Shown: one piece after another, positions 39,715 through 56,734 of the stretch
How the letters are laid out: every line of letters begins with the position of its first letter
Position numbering within the stretch: position 1 is the stretch's first letter
Source of the DNA: Zygnema circumcarinatum SAG 698-1b
Taxonomy: Eukaryota; Plantae; Zygnematophyceae
Length of the DNA stretch: 64,000 bases
Direction of reading: 5' to 3'
Assembly: GCA_037447605.1 (NCBI GenBank)
Contig: CM074807.1
Span: 3,174,829-3,238,828 of the forward strand
Translations under genes and position numbers: made by a program
Notes under the pieces: model-generated
The model's input: the letters and a program-made list of their open reading frames with translations, nothing else
The model's database searches: none
Told to the model about the DNA's origin: nothing

Positions 39715-39868
39715 TAGTGGAGAGGCTAGTGAGAGCACCTCACCATGGAGGAGAGTGAGGGTCATTTTTATCGCGGGGCAAATGGGCCTTCTAGAAGAGT
39801 AAGGAAGCTTCGCGGAAAGGGGAAGGCGCGAAGGTCCCGCGAAACTACGTTCCACTTCTAGATTCGAG

Positions 39869-39927
39869 TGACGCTACTGCTGACGATGGTTATTGACGCT
39901 GATTGGCTGGAACTGATTACTTTGACG
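39869..39927. promoter_or_regulatory. as-1/ocs-like element (TGACG-N7-TGACG) plus two further TGACG motifs upstream of GSTF
   Basis: TGACG at 39869, 39881, 39894 and 39923; HSE-like TTCTAGAA and GAAGCTTC at about 39790-39812. Confidence 0.6.
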
Positions 39928-40903
39928 CCATCAGCATTCGAAAGATCCGTCATTTTGGATTCGGATTCTGCACGTGCAATGGACGGCTGCGATTGACTCT
40001 AAAATCTCGCTGTGACCGTAGGATTCGTACAAGGCAACACGAAGATTTTGATTGACACGTGGCAGACAAATATTGGATGTTGTAGTTGTCAGCCGATTTG
40101 TCGTATTTTGTCCAGTTCCCAGTCCCGTAAAACCGAGTCCCCTCCCATCGCTAATCGGTACATGGCTAACCAACCGTACAATCTTGTCCTCTCCATGTAA
40201 ATTTGTGGTACCCGTGTATCACTGAAACTGAGAACAGAGAACGACTACATAGAGAGCCATGCCCTAGAGCAAAGTTCCACTCATGGCCATTGGTTCGTTT
40301 ATACAATAGGTCATTTGTGGAAAAAGACATGATCACATTGGTTTATGATTTGTCTTTGTTTGCATGCTCACATGATGACATGTCATGGGACCAATGTGGA
40401 ACTGCAAGTGACATTGGTCTCACGCATGGCGATGATGCCATCAAATGTACATGGCCAACATCAGCATGGGGAACCACGAGGAACAACTGGGTGCAAAGGG
40501 CCTAAGGAAAAAAGAACCAATGTGTATTCGATTCTCTATTGGAGTGAACAACAGGTGATTGGAATTGATTGATACTCAAGACTGCAATGCCCTCAATTGT
40601 GCATGAAGCATGCGAATTTGTTGAATCAATATGAACCCACCTTGGGTCGAGCATCGTCCAATGTCCACGCGCCACGTGGACGACTCTGCCTACGTGGCGA
40701 ATTCTTATTCGACGATGTTCGATTATGGTCCTCACAGGAGAGCTCTTCCAAGTCCAATCGTAGGGTCCGTATGGTACGGACACGGCTCTGGTCCATGCCT
40801 GACCTTGTACGCCGTCGCCCACATTTCAAATTCCGACGAGCCCTGAACCCTGGGTGGCTTTCCCGCCGCGTCCGCCCGAGTTCGAACCTCCTCCCCGTCA
40901 GCG

Positions 40904-43900
40904 ATGCTCCTCGCCCGCCATGGCGGCCTTCGCTGCGCCGCGCCTTTCCCTCCGCCATGGCACCTCTCTCCCTCCTCCTCCTCCTCCCGCCACGGCGACC
41001 GTGTGACCTGCGCGCCTCTGAAGGGGAGAGGGAAGGGGAAGGAGGGGGCGCTCGGAGGGCGCACGCGGGGGCGACAGCTGACAGGGGGGGAAAGGGAGAG
41101 AGAGAGGGAGAGGGAGGGAGGGAGGTGGCTGCGAGGAGGACGCTTGGGAAGAGCTGAGGTGCTTTGTTATTGAGGGTTTTGGAAGGGAAGGGGAAGGGGA
41201 AGGGTTTTGGGGCATGGGGATGGAGGGAGGGCCTTGTTTGTGATTAATTATAAGGGAATTAGTGACATAAGGTTATTTTCAAAAAGAAATTAACTTTACC
41301 ATTATTTTTTTTAACTTTTGTTTAAATTTCATTTGAGTCAAAAGCGGGGCTCTCTTAAATTTTGAAGAGGAAACATGTATAATTCCAAATAAGCACTCGG
41401 AAACTTGCTACTTAGAAAGGAACATCGGGGATTTTTTTTTTTCTTAATCTGGTTTCGATTTTTAATTATTTTTAATTTTCATTCATATATTCTTGGTTTA
41501 GAATCACTGAATTGGGTTTTTTTTTTGGGGGGGGGGGGGGTCTTCAGGGAGGAGCGGGGTTCAAAAGTGGACCCAGAAGTTCAACATTTTCAATCACAGC
41601 GATGGCGGCAGGTGGGTCTGAACGGATCAACTTTTACTGTCCAGAAATCAAGGGTTCGAGTCCCGCTGGATGCAAAATTTTAAACATTTATTGACATATA
41701 CTTTTGTAGGGTTCACCCTTTCTTGGTTTATCTCCGAGCCTGTGCCTATGGCTAAAGGCTCTCTCTCTCTCTCTCTCTCCCACCTTCCGATCCCTCTCCT
41801 ATCACTCTCTCTCCTCCCTCTCTCCTCTCTCTCCTTCCCTGCTCCCCTCCTCCTACTCCCCTCTCTTCCATCTGACCCCACTCTCCCACTCTCTCTCTCT
41901 TTGAACTTTCTCAGGACCCAAAGGCAAGGCTCTCCTCTCCCTCTCCGACAAATCAGGACTCGAAACTCTTGCAGCAGGACTCACTGAGCTCGGGTGAGTT
42001 CTCAGTATGGCGAAAGGTTCACAAAATGTCTATGAAACATTTCAAACAATGCCTTCACTATTGCAAACAATCGACAGCTGCTAGCGCCCTGTGCTCCTCT
42101 TGAATTGGTCTAGAACTATAATGAATTGTGTGCATTTTGATCTGTAGAAGTATGGTTTTTCAAAGCTCATATTTCCCCTTGGTAATTTTGGACGTTTAGG
42201 TACGCACTCGTGTCCACGGGCGGCACTGCCAAGGCTCTTGAAGGAGCCGGATTTGAAGTCACTCCTGTGGAGAAGCTCACGTCCTTCCCAGAAATGGTCA
42301 GTTCCTCTCCCACTCCCTCTCCCTCTCCCTCTCCCTCTCCCCCCTCTCTGACTCCCCCCTCCCCCCCTCTCCCTCCCCACCTCCCTTTCCCCTGTCCCTT
42401 TCCATTCACCTCTTCCTTTTGTCTGTCTATCCGCTGTCTTCTTTCTCGCCCCCACTCACTCCCCCCTCTCCTCCGTATTCCCCCAAACACTCCACACATG
42501 CTACTCTGCAAATGTAGGACAAAGATAACCACAAATTATACCAAAGAACATGACAGTGTTCACGAGGTATTTATCCTATTTAAACTTTCTGGCCTTCAGC
42601 TGGACGGGCGCGTGAAGACCCTCCACCCTGCAGTGCATGGCGGGATTTTGGCGCGGAGGGACCTTCCAACGCATTTGGATGCGCTGAATGAGCACTCCAT
42701 AGGTCTGCATTACCCTTTTTTTTTTTTTAAATGAATTGAATTTAACTGAAACCTTTTTTGTTTTTTTTTCCAACAATCCTATTTCGGCTTCTTGGGCGTT
42801 TCTGCATTTTGCTTAAGTCAGATATAAGTCATATGGTTTTTAGAGTGAATGCTTCCCACAAGTGCAACGGAATTGAACAGTGATCAGCCGTTAAGAGGAA
42901 AAAAAAAAAAAAATGGAAAATCAATGTTCTATCTGTGATTCCCACAGGTACAATTGATGTGGTTATTGTGAATCTGTACCCATTCTATGCAACTGTCACC
43001 GCTGCGGGAGGTACTAGTTTCGAAAACGGTGTAGAGAATATTGACATCGGTGGACCCGCCATGATCCGAGGAGCCGCAAAGGTAACCCATCACCCCCCCC
43101 CCCCCNNNNNNNNNNGGGGGGGGGGGGGTCTTCAGGGAGGAGCGGGGTTCAAAAGTGGACCCAGAAGTTCAACATTTTCAATCACAGCGATGGCGGCAGG
43201 TGGGTCTGAACGGATCAACTTTTACTGTCCAGAAATCAAGGGTTCGAGTCCCGCTGGATGCAAAATTTTAAACATTTATTGACATATACTTTTGTAGGGT
43301 TCACCCTTTCTTGGTTTATCTCCGAGCCTGTGCCTATGGCTAAAGGCTCTCTCTCTCTCTCTCTCTCCCACCTTCCGATCCCTCTCCTATCACTCTCTCT
43401 CCTCCCTCTCTCCTCTCTCTCCTTCCCTGCTCCCCTCCTCCTACTCCCCTCTCTTCCATCTGACCCCACTCTCCCACTCTCTCTCTCTTTGAACTTTCTC
43501 AGGACCCAAAGGCAAGGCTCTCCTCTCCCTCTCCGACAAATCAGGACTCGAAACTCTTGCAGCAGGACTCACTGAGCTCGGGTGAGTTCTCAGTATGGCG
43601 AAAGGTTCACAAAATGTCTATGAAACATTTCAAACAATGCCTTCACTATTGCAAACAATCGACAGCTGCTAGCGCCCTGTGCTCCTCTTGAATTGGTCTA
43701 GAACTATAATGAATTGTGTGCATTTTGATCTGTAGAAGTATGGTTTTTCAAAGCTCATATTTCCCCTTGGTAATTTTGGACGTTTAGGTACGCACTCGTG
43801 TCCACGGGCGGCACTGCCAAGGCTCTTGAAGGAGCCGGATTTGAAGTCACTCCTGTGGAGAAGCTCACGTCCTTCCCAGAAATGGTCAGTTCCTCTCCCA

Positions 43901-46134
43901 CTCCCTCTCCCTCTCCCTCTCCCTCTCCCCCCTCTCTGACTCCCCCCTCCCCCCCTCTCCCTCCCCACCTCCCTTTCCCCTGTCCCTTTCCATTCACCTC
44001 TTCCTTTTGTCTGTCTATCCGCTGTCTTCTTTCTCGCCCCCACTCACTCCCCCCTCTCCTCCGTATTCCCCCAAACACTCCACACATGCTACTCTGCAAA
44101 TGTAGGACAAAGATAACCACAAATTATACCAAAGAACATGACAGTGTTCACGAGGTATTTATCCTATTTAAACTTTCTGGCCTTCAGCTGGACGGGCGCG
44201 TGAAGACCCTCCACCCTGCAGTGCATGGCGGGATTTTGGCGCGGAGGGACCTTCCAACGCATTTGGATGCGCTGAATGAGCACTCCATAGGTCTGCATTA
44301 CCCTTTTTTTTTTTTTAAACCTGAATTGAATTTAACTGAAACCTTTTTTGTTTTTTTTTCCAACAATCCTATTTCGGCTTCTTGGGCGTTTCTGCATTTT
44401 GCTTAAGTCAGATATAAGTCATATGGTTTTTAGAGTGAATGCTTCCCACAAGTGCAACGGAATTGAACAGTGATCAGCCGTTAAGAGGAAAAAAAAAAAA
44501 AAATGGAAAATCAATGTTCTATCTGTGATTCCCACAGGTACAATTGATGTGGTTATTGTGAATCTGTACCCATTCTATGCAACTGTCACCGCTGCGGGAG
44601 GTACTAGTTTCGAAAACGGTGTAGAGAATATTGACATCGGTGGACCCGCCATGATCCGAGGAGCCGCAAAGGTAACCCATCACCCCCTCCTCTCCCCTCT
44701 CTCTCTCCCCCCTCTCCTCTCTCTCTCTCCTCTCTCTCTCTCTCACTCACTCGCTCTTCCCCCTCCCTCCCTCCCTCACCCTCCAAATGTGAGCAAATGC
44801 TAGGCGGAACAGACCAATGCCGGTGGGTCCTTGAGGAAAATTGCCTTTAAAGGCCCAAAAAATTACACTTAAAGAATAGAAGGATACTTACCCCCTTACT
44901 TACTTACTTTCCTTTTTCTTTTTTGTGGTTATGTGTGAACAGAACCACGAGCATGTCTATGTGGTGGTGGACCCGGCCGACTACTCCGCACTTTTGGAGC
45001 AACTTAAAGGGGGAGCAGCGCAGGAAGAAAAGGACAAAATCGCATTCAGGAGACACCTGGCATGGAAGGCTTTTGCACACGTGGCATCATATGATTCGGC
45101 CGTGGCGGAATGGCTGTGGAAGCAGAACACTGCTGGTAAGTGAACGGAAAGAATGTCAATAAATAAATAGATAAATAAAAGGCGAAAGGTAGGGGAAAGC
45201 TAAAGAAGAAGAAGAAGCAAGGGAGAGAAAATTGAGTGTTTTTTTTTTTTTTTCCTGAAATTGACATGGAAAATGGAGTGGGGTTTGGGGTTCAGAGTCG
45301 AAGGAGTGGCAGCCCGCTCCATGTCTCACAGTTCCGTTGCAGCTGCAGTCCTCTCTGCGGTACGGAGAGAACCCGCACCAAAAAGCCGCGTTCTATGTGG
45401 ACAAATCCGTTGGAGAGAACGGAGCCGGTGGAATCGCAACAGCTATTCAGCACCACGGAAAGGTGCCTCAACCTTCCTGCTCTGAAACTATCACACAAAA
45501 AAGTAATCACAAAAACGTCGAAGTAATTACAAAAAAAAAATGCGAAAATCATTGTTAAAATCAAAGCTGAGCCATTTTTCGTAGCTGAGTCATATGCTGT
45601 TTTTGCCGACAGGAAATGTCGTACAACAACTACTTAGACGCAGATGCTGCATGGAACTGCGTTTCGGAATTTACGGCCCCAACTTGCGTGGTAGTGAAGC
45701 ACACCAACCCCTGCGGAGTGGCTTCGGGAGGAGACCCCTTGGAGATATACAGAGAGGCAGTGAAGGCGGACCCAATCAGCGCTTTCGGAGGCATTGTGGC
45801 TTTCAATATGGAGGTGACGGAGGTCAGTCCTCTCTCTCTCCCTCTTTCTCTCTCCCTCTCTCTCCCCCCCTCTCTCTCTCTCTCTCTCCCCCTCCCTCTC
45901 TCCCTCTCTCTCCCTCTCTCCCCCTCTCTCTCCCTCTCTCTCTCTCCCTCTCTCTCTCTCCCTCCCTCTCCCTCTCTCACTCTCCCTCTCTCTCTCTCTC
46001 CCCCNNNNNNNNNNTCCGGAGTTACGGTAATTGCTCAGCCGGGAGGGAGCGTGAGAGACAATGAAGCCATTGAGTGCTGCAACAAGTACAACGTTTCCAT
46101 GCTCTTTACAGGCGTGAGACATTTCCGTCACTAG
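40904..46134 (+). CDS. purH: Bifunctional AICAR transformylase/IMP cyclohydrolase, probably organelle-targeted; model broken by two gaps
   Basis: [115 protein letters not shown]. Exons 2-6 appear twice; exons are missing at gap 46005-46014; the start codon is tentative. Confidence 0.93.
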
Positions 46135-47571
46135 TTCGTAGCATAGAAAGGGTCTCCGCTTGTGGAGGGGGGGTCTCTTCTCACAGTTCTGGGAAGGAAG
46201 TGGAGGGTCAATTGACCCCTGCATTCTATGAAAGGGAATTCCGTGCAACGGTTTGTCAGTCAACGTGGGTTACATGTGCAAAGTTTACTCGGAACTGGCA
46301 GGCGTAAGCTCTCCCATTGATGAGTTTTCTGCGTTCTTAGTTCGAAGGGAGGCCCAGGGGCAGACTTAGTTGAGCGTAGCAATTTCTTCCCTTCAGGCAG
46401 GTAGCCTGCCTCCGAGAAGATTCAGCGCCAAAGCAAATAAAAAAGGATCGTTTTGAGTAGTTTTTAGGGTTCATGTCCTGTGGTGGCCCGGGAGCATATG
46501 ATGATGTTGATAATGATGTTGGAACCTTGGTCGGATTGGTTTTGGTCTTACAATGGGTACGCAGCAAATGAAGATAAAGGACCAATCTGAAAAGGCAACT
46601 AAACGGATTAAACGCTCAGTTGAATGTTGGTACATCGATTCAACTCAACAAGCAGCCACAGAGGTTGCCAATTTATGGCACATATCCAAACATTGTGGCA
46701 TCAATTGGAGCCTGAAGTGCAGCGTGGCAGAATAGATCCATCTCTCCATGGACCTTCACAGCTTTCGAACTATTTACAATACTGTGCATCAGAGCAAGTC
46801 TAATCCTGCCCATAGAGTGCTCCTTTCCATTTCCCGCTAAAAGGAAAGGTACACCTGACACGCAATAGGATTGATGAATTGGTTCAAAAAATATCTCACT
46901 CCTTTTCTTCGGAGGACTGCGCTTGCCCTAAGTCCTATCTCTGTACAAACATACAAAGTCAATCACAGAGAGCAGAGCTTCTGTATGCAGGTAGAAGCTC
47001 CTTCTGCAAGAACAAAACGAGTGGGGAAGATGAGTGGGGAAACCATTTCGGAGCAATGGGTAACGTTTCAATGTTTGAAAAGTTATGCAGATCGACAATC
47101 TCAACGGTGCGTGTCAAATAAACGAGCTCTCAACATGAAGTAGAAACAGGTGAAACTGACCTTATGAACATACAATGCCACCGGTTAGGGTTAGTTGACA
47201 ATTGGGATCCTTGTAACATGTTGCAGAAGTCACCGCCTCTGTCCCTTGGGGCTTTGGCTATAAATTCCAATGAAGGGTTCAATTATTTTGGCTTGAGGGT
47301 TGACAAGGTCTCCTTAATGGTGCAACATGGCTTGTTTGTATTAGAGAAGGACGATTGGCCGGAGATAGACGAGAGAAGGCTGAGGGGAAGGAGAGGCAAA
47401 TCAGAAAAGGTGACGAAAGAAAGGAGAGAGAGGGAGTGCGGGCGGCGAAGCGAGAGAAGTGCGATGAGAGGGAGAGAGAGCGCGGAAGAGAGATTGGTCG
47501 AGGGAGAGCGGAGCAAGCAAGAGACTAAAAAACAAAGACCTCAGTATCGTTCACTTTTCCACCTTTTCATG

Positions 47572-47628
47572 CTAACCCTAACCCTAACCCTGGCCCTAAC
47601 CCTAATCCTAACCCCAACCCTAACCCTA
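47572..47628. repeat. Interstitial telomere-like (CCCTAA)n, ~9 degenerate units (copy A)
   Basis: ctaaccctaaccctaaccctggccctaaccctaatcctaaccccaaccctaacccta. Confidence 0.8.
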
Positions 47629-49722
47629 GAAGCAGATCAACGAGGCGGCAGAGGCAGCAGCGCGTGCAGCGGTATGGACGCAGGCACCACACGTGTGAGC
47701 ATGCAGTGCGTGGCCATGAGGATGGGGCGAAGGCGCACGGCCACCACAAGCATCTGCCCGAAGAAGCCGCCGAAGAAGCAGAGCAGCAGCATGGGCTCCA
47801 TGGCGGCCGGGCGGGGCCGACAGCTCGCCGCTTGCAGGAAAGAGGATGAGGTGCAGGGAAATTTCAGGGTTTGGAGGGTCTAGGCCTTTGACTAGGGGTT
47901 TAGGGTTTTTCAAGTGATGACGTTGCGGAGGAACCAGCCAGTGTGAGACAGAGAGCGAGAGAGAGAGAGTGGAGGCAAGTGCGGGGCGCCACATGGAGAC
48001 GCAAAAAGGAGGGACAGTTCAAAATGTCGTAAAAAGAACGGCGAACGGCTCGCCGCAACATGGAAACGCAACGCGATTACCGCACGATGCGATACGATAC
48101 TGACGATACGGTACGACAAAACGACACGAGAGGGAGGGGAGGGGGAGAGAGGGAGATAGGGAGGGAGGGCGAGCGAGTGTGAGAGCATGGCATACATTAG
48201 GAACATGCCGGAACCATGTGCCACCAACCTTGATGGATGCTCTAAGGCACAATGTTCCATCATGCTTCACATTGTCAAGAACATGTTCTCATGCTTCATC
48301 CCACCACATTACATGCATGAAGAAAGGCAGCTTACAATGTGAAGAGCAAATATGTAACTTTTTGGTTGACAACATAACGAAATAGCCAGTTACCCCTATA
48401 TCTGCCTAGCTAGAACTTGACCAACAGTACCAGTAACGCTTGGCCCTTCTACTTATACTCATATGCTTCATACTTTACAAAGTCCAGCTAGAGTGGAGAC
48501 CAAGCGCACAATGCAGAACGATGACCCTTATAAGTACTGTACACCAATGACCTACACAACCTTCGCGCTATGTACAAGCATGATTGTGACCTTTACTAGT
48601 ACAGACTTCTGCTATGTTTCGATTAGATTTATCAAACCAGAAACTTCTCCTCTGCTCTTGTACCTACGCCTTATATCATCCAATAGTCCTTTGAATTCAC
48701 TGCCAACAATAGGTCCCTTAGCTCCCTGCAACTACATCCTCCCTCCCACCTTCAACCTCCTCCCTCCCCTCAGCCTCCCTCCCTCCCCCTCCCTCCCTCC
48801 CTCCTCCCTCCCTCCCTCCCTCCCTCCCTCCCTCCCCCTCCCTCCCTCCACATCCTCCCTCCCTCAACCTCCCTCCCTCCCACCTCCACATCCTCCCTCC
48901 CTCTCCTCCTCCTTCTCCCTCCCTCCCTCCTCCCTCCCCTCCCTCCACATCCTCCCTCCCTCCCTCCATTATTCCCCTCCCTCTTTCACCTTCCTCCCTC
49001 CCCACTCTCCATTATCCTTCCTCTCTCTCTCCCTCCCTCCATTAGGCTCTCCTTCTCCCTCCCTCCTCACATTCCCTCCTCACACCTCCCCTCCCCCCCA
49101 CTCTCCACAGCCCCTTCCCTCCCCTTCCATCTCCTTCCCTCTCTCCTCCTCTTCCCTCCCTCCCCTTCCATTACCCTTCCCTTCTCCCTCCCTCCATCCC
49201 TCCCTCAATCCCTTCCTCCCTCCCCCCACTCCCTCCACATCTCCTCTCCTCCTCTCTCTCCTCTCCTCTCCTCCCTCCTCTCCCTCCTCTCCTCCACATC
49301 CTTCCTCCTCTCCCTCCCTCCATTCTCCTCAACCTTCCTCCCTCTCTACCTTCCCTTCCACATATCCTCCTCTCTCTCCTCCTCTCCTCCCTCCCTCCAC
49401 ATCCTCTCCCTCCCTCATCCCTCCTCAACCTTCCTCCCTCCCCCACCTTCCACACCCCTTTTCTCCTCCCTTCCACATCTCCTTCTCCTCTCCTCCTCCC
49501 TCCCTTCATATCCTTCCTCTCCCTCCTCCATCCTCCTCAACTCCTCCTCCCTCCCCTACCTTCACATCTCCTTCCTTCCTCTCCTCTCCTCCCTCCCTCC
49601 ATTATCCTCCCTCTCCCTCCCTCCCTCCATTATCCTTCCTTCTCCCTCCCCTCCACAACCTCCTCCCTCTTACCCCTCCACATCTCCTTCCCTCTCCTCA
49701 CCTTCCTCCCTCCCCACCTTCA

Positions 49723-55047
<5,325 letters not shown>

Positions 55048-55426
55048 GGGGGGAGGGACGGAGAGAGACGGAGGGATAGGTAAACAGGAGAGGGAGAGGG
55101 AGAGACAGGGAAGGTGTAATGGGGAGAGGGAAGAGAGAATATGGGAGAGGCAATAGAGAGAGCGGGGAGAGAGGGAGAGGGAGAGGGAGAGGGAGAGGGA
55201 GAGGGGAGAGAGGGCGAGAGGAAAAGTAGGGGAGGGGTGCACCCTAGCTACTGGAGAGCGGGAGGAGGCTTTTATACGCACTACCGCCGTACGGAAATCG
55301 CGTTTTCAACGCGTTTGCCGTACTGTACGCATAGCTGCTGAGATACGCGTTGACTGTACGAATAAATGTACTGTACTGTACAGTACAAATGATGGAGCGT
55401 ACACACGACTAGGGATNNNNNNNNNN

Positions 55427-55618
55427 AGCGGAGTGTGCCATCCGGCTTTGGGGGCAGAACGGCCGGGCTGGCCCAAGGCCCTTCTCCGGGTTCCATCAAG
55501 CCGGCTGCCACGTTCTCATCGATCTGTCGTTCGACATCGGCCTGCTGAGCGGCAGAAAAGCGGTAGGGAGTCATGGTCATCACGGGAGGTGCATCCCCCG
55601 TATCGATATGGTGCTCAA
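55427..55618 (-). mobile_element. Fragment of the same Ty3/Gypsy pol (copy of 62820-63011)
   Basis: 192 bp matching 62820-63011 with two substitutions noticed (HIDTGDAPP...PKPDGTLR). Confidence 0.9.
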
Positions 55619-55644
55619 ATCGTTCACTTTTCCACCTTTTCATG

Positions 55645-55701
55645 CTAACCCTAACCCTAACCCTGGCCCTAACCCTAATCCTAACCCCAACCCTAACCCT
55701 A
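55645..55701. repeat. Interstitial telomere-like (CCCTAA)n (copy B)
   Basis: Identical to 47572-47628. Confidence 0.8.
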
Positions 55702-56734
55702 GAAGCAGATCAACGAGGCGGCAGAGGCAGCAGCGCGTGCAGCGGTATAGACGCAGGCACCACACGTGTGAGCATGCAGTGCGTGGCCATGAGGATGGGG
55801 CGAAGGCGCACGGCCACCACAAGCATCTGCCCGAAGAAGCCGCCGAAGAAGCAGAGCAGCAGCATGGGCTCCATGGCGGCCGGGCGGGCCGACAGCTCGC
55901 CGCTTGCAGGAAAGAGGATGAGGTGCAGGGAAATTTCAGGGTTTGGAGGGTCTAGGCTTTTGACTAGGGGTTTAGGGTTTTTCAAGTGATGACGTTGCGG
56001 AGGAACCAGCCAGCGTGAGACAGAGAGCTAGAGAGAGAGAGAGTGGAGGCAAGTGCGGGGCGCCTCATGGAGACGCAAAAAGGAGGGACAGTTCAAAATG
56101 TCGTAAAAAGAACGGCGAACGGCTCCCCGCAACATGGAAACGCAAAGCGATTACCGCACGATGCGATACGATACTGACGATACGGTACGACAAAACGACA
56201 CGAGAGGGAGGGGAGGGGGAGAGAGGGAGATAGGGAGGGCGAGCGAGTGTGAGAGCATGGCATACATTAGGAACATGCCGGAACCATGTGCCACCAACCT
56301 TGATGGATGCTCTAAGGCACAATGTTCCATCATGCTTCACATTGTCAAGAACATGTTCTCATGCTTCATCCCACCACATTACATGCATGAAGAAAGGCAG
56401 CTTACAATGTGAAGAGCAAATATGTAACTTTTTGGTTGACAACATAACGAAATAGCCAGTTACCCCTATATCTGCCTAGCTAGAACTTGACCAACAGTAC
56501 CAGTAACGCTTGGCCCTTCTACTTATACTCATATGCTTCATACTTTACAAAGTCCAGCTAGAGTGGAGACCAAGCGCACAATGCAGAACGATGACCCTTA
56601 TAAATACTGTACACCAATGACCTACACAACCTTCGCGCTATGTACAAGCATGATTGTGACCTTTACTAGTACAGACTTCTGCTATGTTTCGATTAGATTT
56701 ATCAAACCAGAAACTTCTCCTCTGCCTTTGTACC

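Noticed and set aside
41526-44685. Apparent tandem duplication of purH exons 2-6 (41526-43105 and 43116-44685)
   Set aside because: The copies are essentially identical except at homopolymers, meet exactly at an N-gap, and end in poly-C/poly-G runs. This is the pattern of overlapping contig ends.
46005-46014. Apparent internal deletion of purH C-terminal exons
   Set aside because: It coincides with an assembly gap, so the sequence is missing from the assembly rather than shown to be lost.
46300-48400. Short ORFs between purH and GRDP (for example 47164-47883 and MEPMLLLCFFGG...)
   Set aside because: No recognisable domain or consistent splice chain. A degraded gene cannot be excluded.
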